64,000 nucleotides of DNA. Source: a virus (Duplodnaviria > Caudoviricetes). Shown here in pieces: positions 36,627 through 45,286 of the stretch (the first letter of the stretch is position 1; each line of letters starts with the position of its first letter). The DNA is taken from positions 17,794 to 81,793 of the IMG/VR virus record IMGVR_UViG_3300033072_001141; one strand, 5' to 3'. The notes beneath the pieces were generated by a model. The model saw only the letters and a list, made by a program, of their open reading frames with translations. It was not told the DNA's origin and ran no database searches. The position numbers were made by a program, and so were the translations under genes.

Positions 36627-37046
36627 TCAGACCGCGACCGCCGCGTCCGTCGAGAACACGCGCCAGGCACCGTTGTCGTAGTACACGGGAACGCCCGTGC
36701 CGGCACCGGCCCCCTGCCCCACCTTCCGTCCGTTGGTGCAGAAAGCGACGAGCCCATCGACGGCGTCCGGAGCGACCGGAAGGTCGGCGAACGCGTAGCG
36801 GGGAAGCATGTCGATCCGCATCGACCCGCGGGTTGGGGCCGCCCTGTCGGGGATCTCGTCGCCGACAGAGACGCTCACCTTGCCGGCGACGACGAGGCTC
36901 TTGAGCTGGGTGTCGCCGTCCAAGTCGGCGATGGTGAGGCCGGCCAGGACGACCGACTGCCCTGCCTTGACCTCCACCTTGGGGGTGGTCAGGAAGACAT
37001 CGTCGTCGGGGGACGTGGTTCCGAGGTTCGTGACTGTCGCATCCAT
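36627..37046 (-). CDS. Hypothetical structural protein
   Basis: 139 aa; GGAGGAG RBS; C-terminal 'AFCTNGRK...GTGVPVYYDNGAW'. Confidence 0.6.
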   Translation of the reverse strand: MDATVTNLGTTSPDDDVFLTTPKVEVKAGQSVVLAGLTIADLDGDTQLKSLVVAGKVSVSVGDEIPDRAAPTRGSMRIDMLPRYAFADLPVAPDAVDGLVAFCTNGRKVGQGAGAGTGVPVYYDNGAWRVFSTDAAVAV

Positions 37047-37070
37047 GTTCGCGCTCTCCTCCGAGGGGGT

Positions 37071-37391
37071 TCAGATCTGTCCGGACTTGCGTCCGATGTA
37101 GGCACACAGGGCCTTGGGGTCCTTCACCCCCTTGCAGCACTCCGTGAACATCTTCTCGCACGACGAGAACTCCTGCCCCGTCGCGTTCTTGCCCTTGAAC
37201 GAGCCGTCCGCGTCCATGTACTTCTTGCGGCACTCGTTGTCGCAGCTCATCGCTTCGAGCAGCGCTTCCTCCTGGAGACCCGAGGAGCGAGCGAGCGTGC
37301 GGATGACCTCGTTGAGGTCCCCGCAGCACGGCCTGGCGGCGCCCCCTTCGAGGACGCCGTTCAGCTCTTCGCTCAGCTCCCTGAGTCCCAT
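37071..37391 (-). CDS. Small Cys-rich protein (8 Cys)
   Basis: 106 aa; AGGAG RBS; directly after the sheath gene. Confidence 0.6.
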   Translation of the reverse strand: MGLRELSEELNGVLEGGAARPCCGDLNEVIRTLARSSGLQEEALLEAMSCDNECRKKYMDADGSFKGKNATGQEFSSCEKMFTECCKGVKDPKALCAYIGRKSGQI

Positions 37392-37417
37392 TCGGTCTTC
37401 TCCTGGTCAGCGGTCGA

Positions 37418-39913
37418 TCAGCCGGTCGAGCTGAACTTCTGCTGGATGCGGAAGATGATGAACTCGCCCGGCTTGTTGGGCGCGATGTAGATGTCGCAGA
37501 TGACCTCGCCCGCCTCCTCGTTGTCCGCCGTGTTGTTCGACTCGTCGCAGATGACCGAGACGGCGTCCGTGAAGGTGGTGCCGGCGAAGTAGCCCTGGTT
37601 GAAGAGGTTCCGGAGGAACGACTCGACCGAGACCTGGATGCGCTGCCGGAGCGACGCGCCCACGTTCTCGAAGACGAAGCCGTGCGTGCCGTTGTAGATG
37701 CTGCTCTTGAGGAAGTTGAAGAGCCGGCGCACCTGGACGTAGCGGAAGTCGTCCGGCGGGTTCTCCAGCGTGCGCGCGCCCCAGACCGCGCGGCCGGTCT
37801 GCGGGGTGTCCACCAGGGCGTTGACCTGGCTCTGGAAGAACGTGTCGATCTCGGCGAACTCCAGCCGGCGCTCCAGGCCCTCCGAGAAGAGCAGGCGTCC
37901 GTCCTCGGTTCCCGCGGGGGCCTTGGCGACGTTCTTGTTCGTGTCCGTGCGCGCGTACACGCCCGCGACGTGTCCGATCGGCGGGATGTTGGCGCCGCGC
38001 TCCGTGAACGGATCGGTCACGCGGATGTACGGGTAGTAGAGCGCGCCGTAGCTCGACGAGATGCCGAGCGTGAAGCGCCTCCAGTCGCGCACCTGCTGGG
38101 GCGTCATGCCCGGCGGGCTCGCGAGGATGATGAACCACTTCTGGTTCGTCTCGGCCTCGGCGATCTGGTCGCTGGCCATCGTCACGTCGCCGGCCGCGTC
38201 CGGGATGCCGACGTTCAGCAGCTCGTCGGTGGTGAGCAGCGCGTACATGCCGCGCCGATCGGACTTGAGGGCCGGGCTGGTCATCTCGGCGCGACCGATG
38301 CCCGCCACACCGTCCGACCCGCCGGTGAGGGCGTCGGAGGTGGCCGTGTCCGCCGGGGTGACACGCGACGAGATCTGGATGATCGAGCCGGGGCGCGCAC
38401 CGGTCGGGACCGCGAGGTTCGAGGTCTCCGCCTCCGAGACCGCCGCCACGGTCCGGAAGGCGATCTTGCCGGACGTGTAGTTGACCCGGTTGTAGCCGGT
38501 GGGGGGCGCCGGATCGACATCGCCGACCAGGTTGCCGTTGCCGTCGTCCGTGATCGTGCGCGAGACGCCGGCCACGTCGGTGTAGGTGATCGAGACCGAG
38601 CCCGGCTGCACCGGCGTCGCCAGCGCGTCCGTGCGGAACCCGACCGGGATCGACGGGAAGCCGTCCGGGTCGGCCGCCGCGGTCGAGCCCCAGTTCTGGT
38701 TCGAGCCGTTGCCCGAGCCGCCGGAGCGGGTGCGCAGCTTGCCGTTGAGCGACGACGGGATGACCGGCTCGTTCGCGGGATCGACCAGCGTGATGAGGTC
38801 CGACCCCTGGGTGGGATCGTTGATGGCGGTGATGACGTAGTCCGGGTCGGACGGGTCCGTCATCGAGAGGTTCAGGAAGGTCTCCTGGACCTCGCCGTCG
38901 AGGAGAACCTGCACGTCCGCGCGCGAGTAGGTCGCGGTGGAGCGCGTGAAGGAGTCCTCGTTGCCCCGGACCTGGACCTCCAGGTCGTTGCCCCACGCGC
39001 CCTTCGAGATCGGATCGATGTCGAAGGCGCGGCACGTGTAGGCCGCGAGGACCGAGTTCCCGCGGGCCGGCGTCGCGGGGACCGTGGTGGTGAACGCGTA
39101 GGCGCCCGTCGCGTAGTCGATGGTGCCGGGCGCAGCGAGGTCGGCACCGGTCAGCGCGCCAGATCCATCGTCCGTGATCGTCGAGAGCGCGCCCTCCGGC
39201 GTGTAGCTCATCGTGATCGCGGTCGCGTTGTCCGGAGCCTGCCCCGTCTCCGCCGACAGCGCCCAGTGGCCGGTCTTGTAGTCGATGAAGCCGCGCGTGT
39301 CGCCCGCGCCGTCCTTGAGGATGCCGTCGAAGGCCGGGTCCGTGTAGGTGTACGGCGCGGCGGCGACGGTCGTCGTCAGCGTGACCGTGCCAGGGACGAT
39401 CTTGGCTCCGCCAGCGACGGATACACGACCGGCGAAGTCGAGCAGGACGCTGTCCGTGGCCGGGGAGTTGTTGGTGGCCGCCGCGACGACCGGCGTGCCG
39501 AGCCGGCGCCAGGTGATCGACACCGACGACGCCTGGACCTGCGGCGCCTGCGCGAGAGACCCGGCGAACGCCACGACCGTTCCGTCGCCGGTCTCGATGG
39601 CCTCCTCGGTCACGTCGCTGGTGATGAAGCCGTCGGCCGCCACGGCGTCCGAGGCGACCACGCGCACGACGTACGCACGCCGACCGCCGTTCGCGAAGAA
39701 CGCGAAGAGGTGCAGCGGCACGCCGCTCTGGTCGGTGAAGTCGCCGAAGGTCCGCGTGAACTGCTCGAACGACGACACCAGGACGGCCTCGTCGGTCGGA
39801 CCGCGGAGCGTGAATCCGACGGTGCCGAAGGTGCTCGTGGACACGCCCGTGATGGGGGCGACGCCACGACGCCGCTCCTCGACGTAGACGCCCGGGTGCA
39901 ACCTTTCGACCAT
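37418..39913 (-). CDS. Contractile tail sheath protein
   Basis: 'HPGVYVEE...STGTFG..RGP..AVLVSSFEQF.RTFG..FFANGG.RAYVVRV'; C-terminal 'PPIGHVAGVYARTD..VAKAPAG..VWGARTL..YVQVRRL..FE'. Confidence 0.95.
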   Translation of the reverse strand: MVERLHPGVYVEERRRGVAPITGVSTSTFGTVGFTLRGPTDEAVLVSSFEQFTRTFGDFTDQSGVPLHLFAFFANGGRRAYVVRVVASDAVAADGFITSDVTEEAIETGDGTVVAFAGSLAQAPQVQASSVSITWRRLGTPVVAAATNNSPATDSVLLDFAGRVSVAGGAKIVPGTVTLTTTVAAAPYTYTDPAFDGILKDGAGDTRGFIDYKTGHWALSAETGQAPDNATAITMSYTPEGALSTITDDGSGALTGADLAAPGTIDYATGAYAFTTTVPATPARGNSVLAAYTCRAFDIDPISKGAWGNDLEVQVRGNEDSFTRSTATYSRADVQVLLDGEVQETFLNLSMTDPSDPDYVITAINDPTQGSDLITLVDPANEPVIPSSLNGKLRTRSGGSGNGSNQNWGSTAAADPDGFPSIPVGFRTDALATPVQPGSVSITYTDVAGVSRTITDDGNGNLVGDVDPAPPTGYNRVNYTSGKIAFRTVAAVSEAETSNLAVPTGARPGSIIQISSRVTPADTATSDALTGGSDGVAGIGRAEMTSPALKSDRRGMYALLTTDELLNVGIPDAAGDVTMASDQIAEAETNQKWFIILASPPGMTPQQVRDWRRFTLGISSSYGALYYPYIRVTDPFTERGANIPPIGHVAGVYARTDTNKNVAKAPAGTEDGRLLFSEGLERRLEFAEIDTFFQSQVNALVDTPQTGRAVWGARTLENPPDDFRYVQVRRLFNFLKSSIYNGTHGFVFENVGASLRQRIQVSVESFLRNLFNQGYFAGTTFTDAVSVICDESNNTADNEEAGEVICDIYIAPNKPGEFIIFRIQQKFSSTG

Positions 39914-39916
39914 GAC

Positions 39917-40459
39917 TCAGCCTCCTGCGACGTTGGCGAGCCTGAAAGCCCGCTGATCCTGGATCCGACCCACCAGCGACACGACGTTGTCTACATGCTC
40001 AGGGAATCGACGAATCCATCCCTTTTTGCCGTGGAGGTTCTGGTGGATGAACACCACGAGCTGCCTCCAGAGAGCGTAGTCGAGCGACTTCTTGCTCTGG
40101 AGCGGAAAGCGATCGAAGTGGGGAATGACCTTCTCGACGAGTGAGTCGATATCCTCCACGCGCAGCGACACGGACGGGTTGGCACCTGGAACCGAAGCCC
40201 TGCGTTTGGACGAAACGGGCTTCTCCCTGACGGTGCCGGCCCCGAAGTACGCGACCAGCTTGTCGAGCGTCCGTCTGTCGTCGGCGCGAAGCTGGACTTG
40301 CAGTCCTACGTACTGATTGAAACACCGGTGGATCCGTCCCGACTGGGCCAGCTTCTCCTTGGCGGAGTACGAGGCGTAGAAGCATCCCTCGCCATCGATC
40401 AGGCCGGTGACCCACCAGCCGAACGACGGATCGTCGGGAAGCCTCAGACGCTCGACCAT
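39917..40459 (-). CDS. Single-motif LAGLIDADG homing endonuclease
   Basis: 'WWVTGLIDGEGCFY', 'VIPHFDRFPLQSKKSLDYALW'. Confidence 0.9.
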   Translation of the reverse strand: MVERLRLPDDPSFGWWVTGLIDGEGCFYASYSAKEKLAQSGRIHRCFNQYVGLQVQLRADDRRTLDKLVAYFGAGTVREKPVSSKRRASVPGANPSVSLRVEDIDSLVEKVIPHFDRFPLQSKKSLDYALWRQLVVFIHQNLHGKKGWIRRFPEHVDNVVSLVGRIQDQRAFRLANVAGG

Positions 40460-40495
40460 GACAGTGACCTCCGTCCCAGTGGGATGAGAAGAAAC

Positions 40496-40933
40496 TCAGC
40501 GGCGCCTTCGGCGCCTTCCGCTGCTCTGCTTCTCCTGCTCCACCGGCGGACTGGCCCCTGGGCCATCCTCCGAACCTGCTTCTACTTCTGCCTGGGCAGC
40601 CTGCGATGCCGACCCTACCACATCCTGATCGACATCCGACCCATCGTCCTTGACGATCGGTTCGGCCTCGACCTGCGCCTCTTCTTCTTGGGGCGCCTCC
40701 GGAGCTGCCGGCGCTGACGCCACCGGCTGCTCTGACACCGCGTCGGACCGCGGATCGACCGGATCCGTCGTCGGCTTCGCGTCCTTCACCCGGACCACCA
40801 TGTTGGACCGCAAGAGGTGCGAGACCGAGGCGATGGGTGCCTCGAACCTGGCCTTGGGCCGGATCACCACAGATCCACGGCCGGGGATCTCGACCGGGGT
40901 GGGAGACGTGCCCTTGTAGTGCCAGGTGGCCAT
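40496..40933 (-). CDS. Hypothetical protein with low-complexity acidic tail
   Basis: MATWHYKG...; start re-called at ATG 40933. Confidence 0.6.
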   Translation of the reverse strand: MATWHYKGTSPTPVEIPGRGSVVIRPKARFEAPIASVSHLLRSNMVVRVKDAKPTTDPVDPRSDAVSEQPVASAPAAPEAPQEEEAQVEAEPIVKDDGSDVDQDVVGSASQAAQAEVEAGSEDGPGASPPVEQEKQSSGRRRRRR

Positions 40934-40935
40934 CG

Positions 40936-41640
40936 TCACCGGATCCTTGCCAGCTTCGTCCTCAGAGGTCCAGTCCTGACGGTCAGATTCGGAGAAGTGG
41001 GGGCCTCGAACGGCTCCTCGAAGTCCAGTTCGCCCTCGACCCTGACCGGGATGGTGTGCCCGTGCATCCGTTCGGCGACGCCGCCGATCTCCGCCAGGTT
41101 CTCGTAGCTGTCCACGAACGCGTGGTAGCCGCGCTTGTCGCCCTCGGAGTCGGTCAGGAACACCTGGCCGTAGGCCGGCAAGCGCCTTCCCACGACCCGC
41201 AGGATCCGATCGGCCTGCCCCCGCAGACGCGCGCGTAGGTGTACGTCGTAGGAGATGTCGAAGGGGTACGTCCAGCCCTTGATCTCGACACGGCTCGGAC
41301 CCTTGAGCCCGCCCGACGAAGTGACCTCCCGTGCGCCCTGCGCGGGGACCATGTACTCGTGGCCGCCGCCGAACCATCTCGCCATCGCCGGCTGGATCGA
41401 GCCGCGAGAGATGACGATCTGGGGCAGTAGTTCGTCCGAGAACGCGTCCTCGGCGTCCGACATGACGATCGGGACGAGACCGCTGTACTGGTCCGGTCCG
41501 GTCACGTTCGGGACGCGCAGCGCGTAGACCTCGGCGATCTCGCCATCCAGCTCGATCTGGACCTTCTCGCCTCCGATGGTCTCAGCCAGCCCGATGTCGA
41601 AGTCTTCGATGAAGACGGTGCCGGTCCGACCATTCGCCAT
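40936..41640 (-). CDS. Tail terminator/completion protein (T4 gp15-like)
   Basis: 'VPIVM..LPQIVISR...PFDISYDVHLRAR...ADRIL' pattern; position before the sheath. Confidence 0.55.
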   Translation of the reverse strand: MANGRTGTVFIEDFDIGLAETIGGEKVQIELDGEIAEVYALRVPNVTGPDQYSGLVPIVMSDAEDAFSDELLPQIVISRGSIQPAMARWFGGGHEYMVPAQGAREVTSSGGLKGPSRVEIKGWTYPFDISYDVHLRARLRGQADRILRVVGRRLPAYGQVFLTDSEGDKRGYHAFVDSYENLAEIGGVAERMHGHTIPVRVEGELDFEEPFEAPTSPNLTVRTGPLRTKLARIR

Positions 41641-41713
41641 CGGGTGACCTCACGTCAGCGCGCGCCGCCCGGAACCGATGTCCCGAGCGGCGCGACCCAC
41701 GAAGGAGGAGCGA

Positions 41714-42178
41714 TCAGCCGACGCCGCCGCCGACGTTCTGCGTGATGTCGCCGGCCGCATCGAGGCAGGCGCGAATCACCTCGGCGCCGAGCTGGGCGGT
41801 CTTGGCCGCGCCGGCCCACGCCGACAGATCCTCCGCCGAGGCCGAGTCGGGGTCGGGCATCGCGGGGATGAGCCCCTGCTCGGCCATCTCGTCGGCGACC
41901 GTCACGAGCATGTCGAGCGCGTCGTCCATCGACACGTCGCACCGAGCCGAGACCGCCATCATGGTCTGCTCGATGTAGGACTCGAACGCCTCGGCGTCCG
42001 AGTTCATGTTGTTGACGCCGCCGTCGCCACCGCGCAGCGGATCGCCCGACGGCGCCGTGTCGGGCGCGCCGAAGCTGCCACCGGTCCCGGTGTACATCTC
42101 GATGAGCCCGTGGTTCTCCGTCATCTGGAAGACGCTGAGGCCCTTGAGAAGGGCACCGTTGACTCGATGGACGTTCAT
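41714..42178 (-). CDS. Hypothetical acidic protein
   Basis: 154 aa; GGAGG RBS. Confidence 0.6.
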   Translation of the reverse strand: MNVHRVNGALLKGLSVFQMTENHGLIEMYTGTGGSFGAPDTAPSGDPLRGGDGGVNNMNSDAEAFESYIEQTMMAVSARCDVSMDDALDMLVTVADEMAEQGLIPAMPDPDSASAEDLSAWAGAAKTAQLGAEVIRACLDAAGDITQNVGGGVG

Positions 42179-42204
42179 GACCTTGTTCCTCCGCAGATCG
42201 TCGC

Positions 42205-43011
42205 TCAGGCCCGGATGTAGCGCTGGAAGCGCTGGACCTTTCGGATGTCTGAGACCTTACCAGTTTTCGCGACCAGCGGCCTCTTCCATCGCCTCTCGGA
42301 GGGGACCGCCAGCCACCGGAGGTACTTCTTGAGCTGCTGCTTGGCAAGCACCGTCTTCACGTAGCGGACGGCCGGCCTCCAGTGGGACACATGGGGTGCA
42401 TCCCCGAGACCGAACTCCCTGCGGAGGACCTCGTACGCCAGATCCACGGTGACCCTCTGGTCGAGGAGCACCTTGTTCCTTCGGAAACTCTCGATCCCAT
42501 GGGTCCTCAGCTCGGCCTCGATCCGCGGTCGCTCGGCCATCCTCATGGCCTCGATCTTCTCCGCGTCCTTGAGCGAGACCCTCCTGGAGATGATCTGCGC
42601 CACCCTCTTGGACGGCTCGTACGGGAGGGTGTCCATGGTCCACGGGTTGGACCTCCAGAGGGTCACGGCAGCCGGATCCATCGTCTTGCCCCCTGCGAGC
42701 TTGGGCTTGACGTAGAGCACGGTGCGGGGAGCGTCCGCCTGGGTCAGCCTCCTCCGGTGGGCGTACGCGGGCAGCCCGATCATGGCCACCCCCGCCATCC
42801 CGCGAAGCCTCACTCGACGAACCGTCAGGAGCTTCGCGTAGTTCGGGATGTCGGACGGCGCCATCCCTCTCAGGATCGGGAGCAGCGCCTTCGCGAGGTC
42901 GAAGGAGTAGTTCTCCTCGATCGCCTCGACGCGCCGACGCATCTCGTCCGCGAGCTTGTAGATGCGCTGGTTCTGCGCATGCTGGGTGACCTGGAACGAA
43001 AGCCCCGTCAC
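42205..43011 (-). CDS. Hypothetical basic protein (neck region)
   Basis: Start re-called at GTG 43011, coupled to the upstream stop. Confidence 0.6.
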   Translation of the reverse strand: MTGLSFQVTQHAQNQRIYKLADEMRRRVEAIEENYSFDLAKALLPILRGMAPSDIPNYAKLLTVRRVRLRGMAGVAMIGLPAYAHRRRLTQADAPRTVLYVKPKLAGGKTMDPAAVTLWRSNPWTMDTLPYEPSKRVAQIISRRVSLKDAEKIEAMRMAERPRIEAELRTHGIESFRRNKVLLDQRVTVDLAYEVLRREFGLGDAPHVSHWRPAVRYVKTVLAKQQLKKYLRWLAVPSERRWKRPLVAKTGKVSDIRKVQRFQRYIRA

Positions 43012-43409
43012 CTCTCCACCCCCGTGTGCGAGTCGATCGGCTTCCACGGGTCGTCGCCAGACTCCATGACCCGCGTCAGCACCGGCAGGTGCTTCTTGCA
43101 CACGCCGACCAGCCCGGGTCCCTTGTTCCCCTCGACGATCTTCGAGGCTGGCTGACCGCACCGGAAGCAGAGCTTCGCGATCATGTCCCGCGTGAGCGGC
43201 CCCTCGTACTCCGGGAACCCCATGCCTCCCAGCGGTCCGGCGCAAGCCTTCTTCTCGAAGGCCGCGCGACACTGGTCAAGACCTCGGTCGAGTCCCCAGT
43301 GGAGCTTCACGCACATCGCGCACGGGAAGGCGTAGCCCTTGGCGAGCGCCGACTGAACCTGGTCCTTCGGGATGGTGTAGATCACTGGCCGGCCGTGCTG
43401 TGCGCCCAC
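43008..43409 (-). CDS. Cys-rich putative Zn-binding protein
   Basis: CAMC, CFRC, CKKH. Confidence 0.6.
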   Translation of the reverse strand: MGAQHGRPVIYTIPKDQVQSALAKGYAFPCAMCVKLHWGLDRGLDQCRAAFEKKACAGPLGGMGFPEYEGPLTRDMIAKLCFRCGQPASKIVEGNKGPGLVGVCKKHLPVLTRVMESGDDPWKPIDSHTGVER

Positions 43410-43705
43410 TGCCTTCCGTACGGGCCGGGCTTGTTCGACCTGACGAAGAGGTTCGGTGGGTCCGATCCCTGGGGCGCCCCGAACTCCGGCGGCGTGACCC
43501 AGAGCTTGTAGAGCGAGGTGTCCACGTCGAAGTTCACGTCGGTGCCGTCCTCGTTGGACCTCACACGCACAAGACCGCGCTTCGGATCCACGTCCTCGAC
43601 GTAGCCGCTGGTCACCACCTCTCCGCCCGGCGTGCGCACGACGACGAGCTGCCCCACGTGGATGGAGACCTTGATGGCATTTTCGAGCTGCTCGGAGATC
43701 CGCAC
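43382..43705 (-). CDS. Hypothetical protein
   Basis: 107 aa; starts MRISEQL. Confidence 0.55.
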   Translation of the reverse strand: MRISEQLENAIKVSIHVGQLVVVRTPGGEVVTSGYVEDVDPKRGLVRVRSNEDGTDVNFDVDTSLYKLWVTPPEFGAPQGSDPPNLFVRSNKPGPYGRQWAHSTAGQ

Positions 43706-43706
43706 G

Positions 43707-44285
43707 TCAGATCCTCGTGTTCTCGGTCTTGCGCGCCGGGTCGAACGTGGTCCTCGCCTCCAGACCGATCTTCCACTGCACGAAGACCTCCGACGACATG
43801 ATGTTGCCGTCCGGGTTGGCCTTCACGATGTCCCAGAACTGGAACTTCCCCGCGCGCGCGTAGGGCTGGAGATCCCAGAACTCGATCACGTCGCCGATCT
43901 TGGGGTCGGGCGACCCGGCGTCCTCCAGCTCCTTGCGCGCGAGCCACAAGGTGGCGGTCGCCGTCTTCTTGAGGCCCTCGGAGCCCGACTGCGTGTCGAT
44001 GTCGTCGCCCTGGCTGAACTCGACGGCGCCCATCATCTGCCACGGGCCCTGGAACGACCAGTCCTTGGCCTCGGCGCTGGGCTCCCTGTAGAGGGGGTGC
44101 ATGTTCTTGGCGCGCCGGATCGAGTAGAGCTTGATGGGCGTGCCCGACAGGCGCGCCGGCTCCTGGGCGACCGAGTCCCAGAGCGGGCGCTCCACCGTGA
44201 CCTCGGCCTCGTCCGGGAAGATCCTGCGGATCCGGTCGATGCCTCCGTCTCGGTAGAGCGTGTCGAGCTTCGGCTTGCTCATCAC
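43707..44285 (-). CDS. Neck/head-closure protein (T4 gp14-like)
   Basis: 'HPLYREP...F..P.QM', 'PKIGDVIEF..FWDI'; in the neck cluster. Confidence 0.55.
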   Translation of the reverse strand: MMSKPKLDTLYRDGGIDRIRRIFPDEAEVTVERPLWDSVAQEPARLSGTPIKLYSIRRAKNMHPLYREPSAEAKDWSFQGPWQMMGAVEFSQGDDIDTQSGSEGLKKTATATLWLARKELEDAGSPDPKIGDVIEFWDLQPYARAGKFQFWDIVKANPDGNIMSSEVFVQWKIGLEARTTFDPARKTENTRI

Positions 44286-44563
44286 CGGCCCTGGAAGAGA
44301 ACGTCTCCGACGTTGACGAACCCGGGCGCCGACAGCTCTCCGGCCAGCGCCGCCTTGGTCTTGGCGAGGTTCGCACGGAGGACCGTCTTCATGACGCTCT
44401 CGGTCTTGCCCTTGGCGCGATGCAGCCTTCGGAGCTGCCTCACGACGCGCAGCCTTTCCCCGTTGCGGTTGGCGGTGACCGCCGACGCAGGCGAAGCGAA
44501 GCGACCGTCCTTCCCGTGGTAGGTCGTGCGCGCGATGATCTTGTCCTTGAAGTCCTGGTCCAT
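44282..44563 (-). CDS. Small basic hypothetical protein
   Basis: MDQDFKDKII...; 'YHGKDGRFAS' motif; 93 aa. Confidence 0.5.
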   Translation of the reverse strand: MDQDFKDKIIARTTYHGKDGRFASPASAVTANRNGERLRVVRQLRRLHRAKGKTESVMKTVLRANLAKTKAALAGELSAPGFVNVGDVLFQGR

Positions 44564-44565
44564 GG

Positions 44566-45282
44566 TCACACCGTAGGCTCGATGTCCTTGAAGATGCGCC
44601 GGAACTTCTGGAACTTCGAGGGCGGAGACCCCGGGATTCCTCCGTTGAGCGGCTGCTTCTCGTTCGCGTGCTGCATGGCCCGGCGCGCGCCCTTCTGGGT
44701 GGGCTTCACGTCCTTGACCTTGCCGTCCTCGCGGTACGGCCCCTTGAGGTAGCCGTGCTTCGTGAGGCTCGCCCGGCAGATGTTCCACGCTCCGCGGACG
44801 CTCTTCTTGCGCTTGACCTGGACGGCGAGGATGCAGTGGGCGAGCTGGGCGTTGATCTGCCCGGCCTTGTCCGCCGCCTTCTCGGCCGACTTCTTCATGA
44901 CCTTCTCCAGGCTGGCCTTCCTGCGCGCCTGGCGCTCCGACTTCCGGGCCGCCTGGTTCTTCTCCCTCGCCGCCTTCATGGCGGCACGCCGCTGCTTGGC
45001 GATGGTCGCGAGTCGCTTCTCCTGCGAGGTCTTCTCGCGACGCTTCTCGGCCGCCGCTTGGGCCACCGCCTGGGCGGCCTTCTTCTTGGCCGAGGTGGCG
45101 TCCCTCTCGGCCTCCGCCTCGTTGTCCTTGATCGCCTTGGCCACCGGCTTGGGCGGCTCCGGCGGCTCTGGCTCCTTCGGCTTCTTGGCCTCACCGAGAC
45201 GGCGCACCGCGATCTGGCCTCCCGACACCGCGTAGGTCGTCGGCCGATCTGACCTGAACAGTGCGTCGATGGAGACCAGCAC
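44566..45282 (-). CDS. Lys/Ala/Arg-rich basic protein
   Basis: Start re-called at GTG 45282; long KA-rich helix. Confidence 0.6.
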   Translation of the reverse strand: MLVSIDALFRSDRPTTYAVSGGQIAVRRLGEAKKPKEPEPPEPPKPVAKAIKDNEAEAERDATSAKKKAAQAVAQAAAEKRREKTSQEKRLATIAKQRRAAMKAAREKNQAARKSERQARRKASLEKVMKKSAEKAADKAGQINAQLAHCILAVQVKRKKSVRGAWNICRASLTKHGYLKGPYREDGKVKDVKPTQKGARRAMQHANEKQPLNGGIPGSPPSKFQKFRRIFKDIEPTV

Positions 45283-45286
45283 GGAG

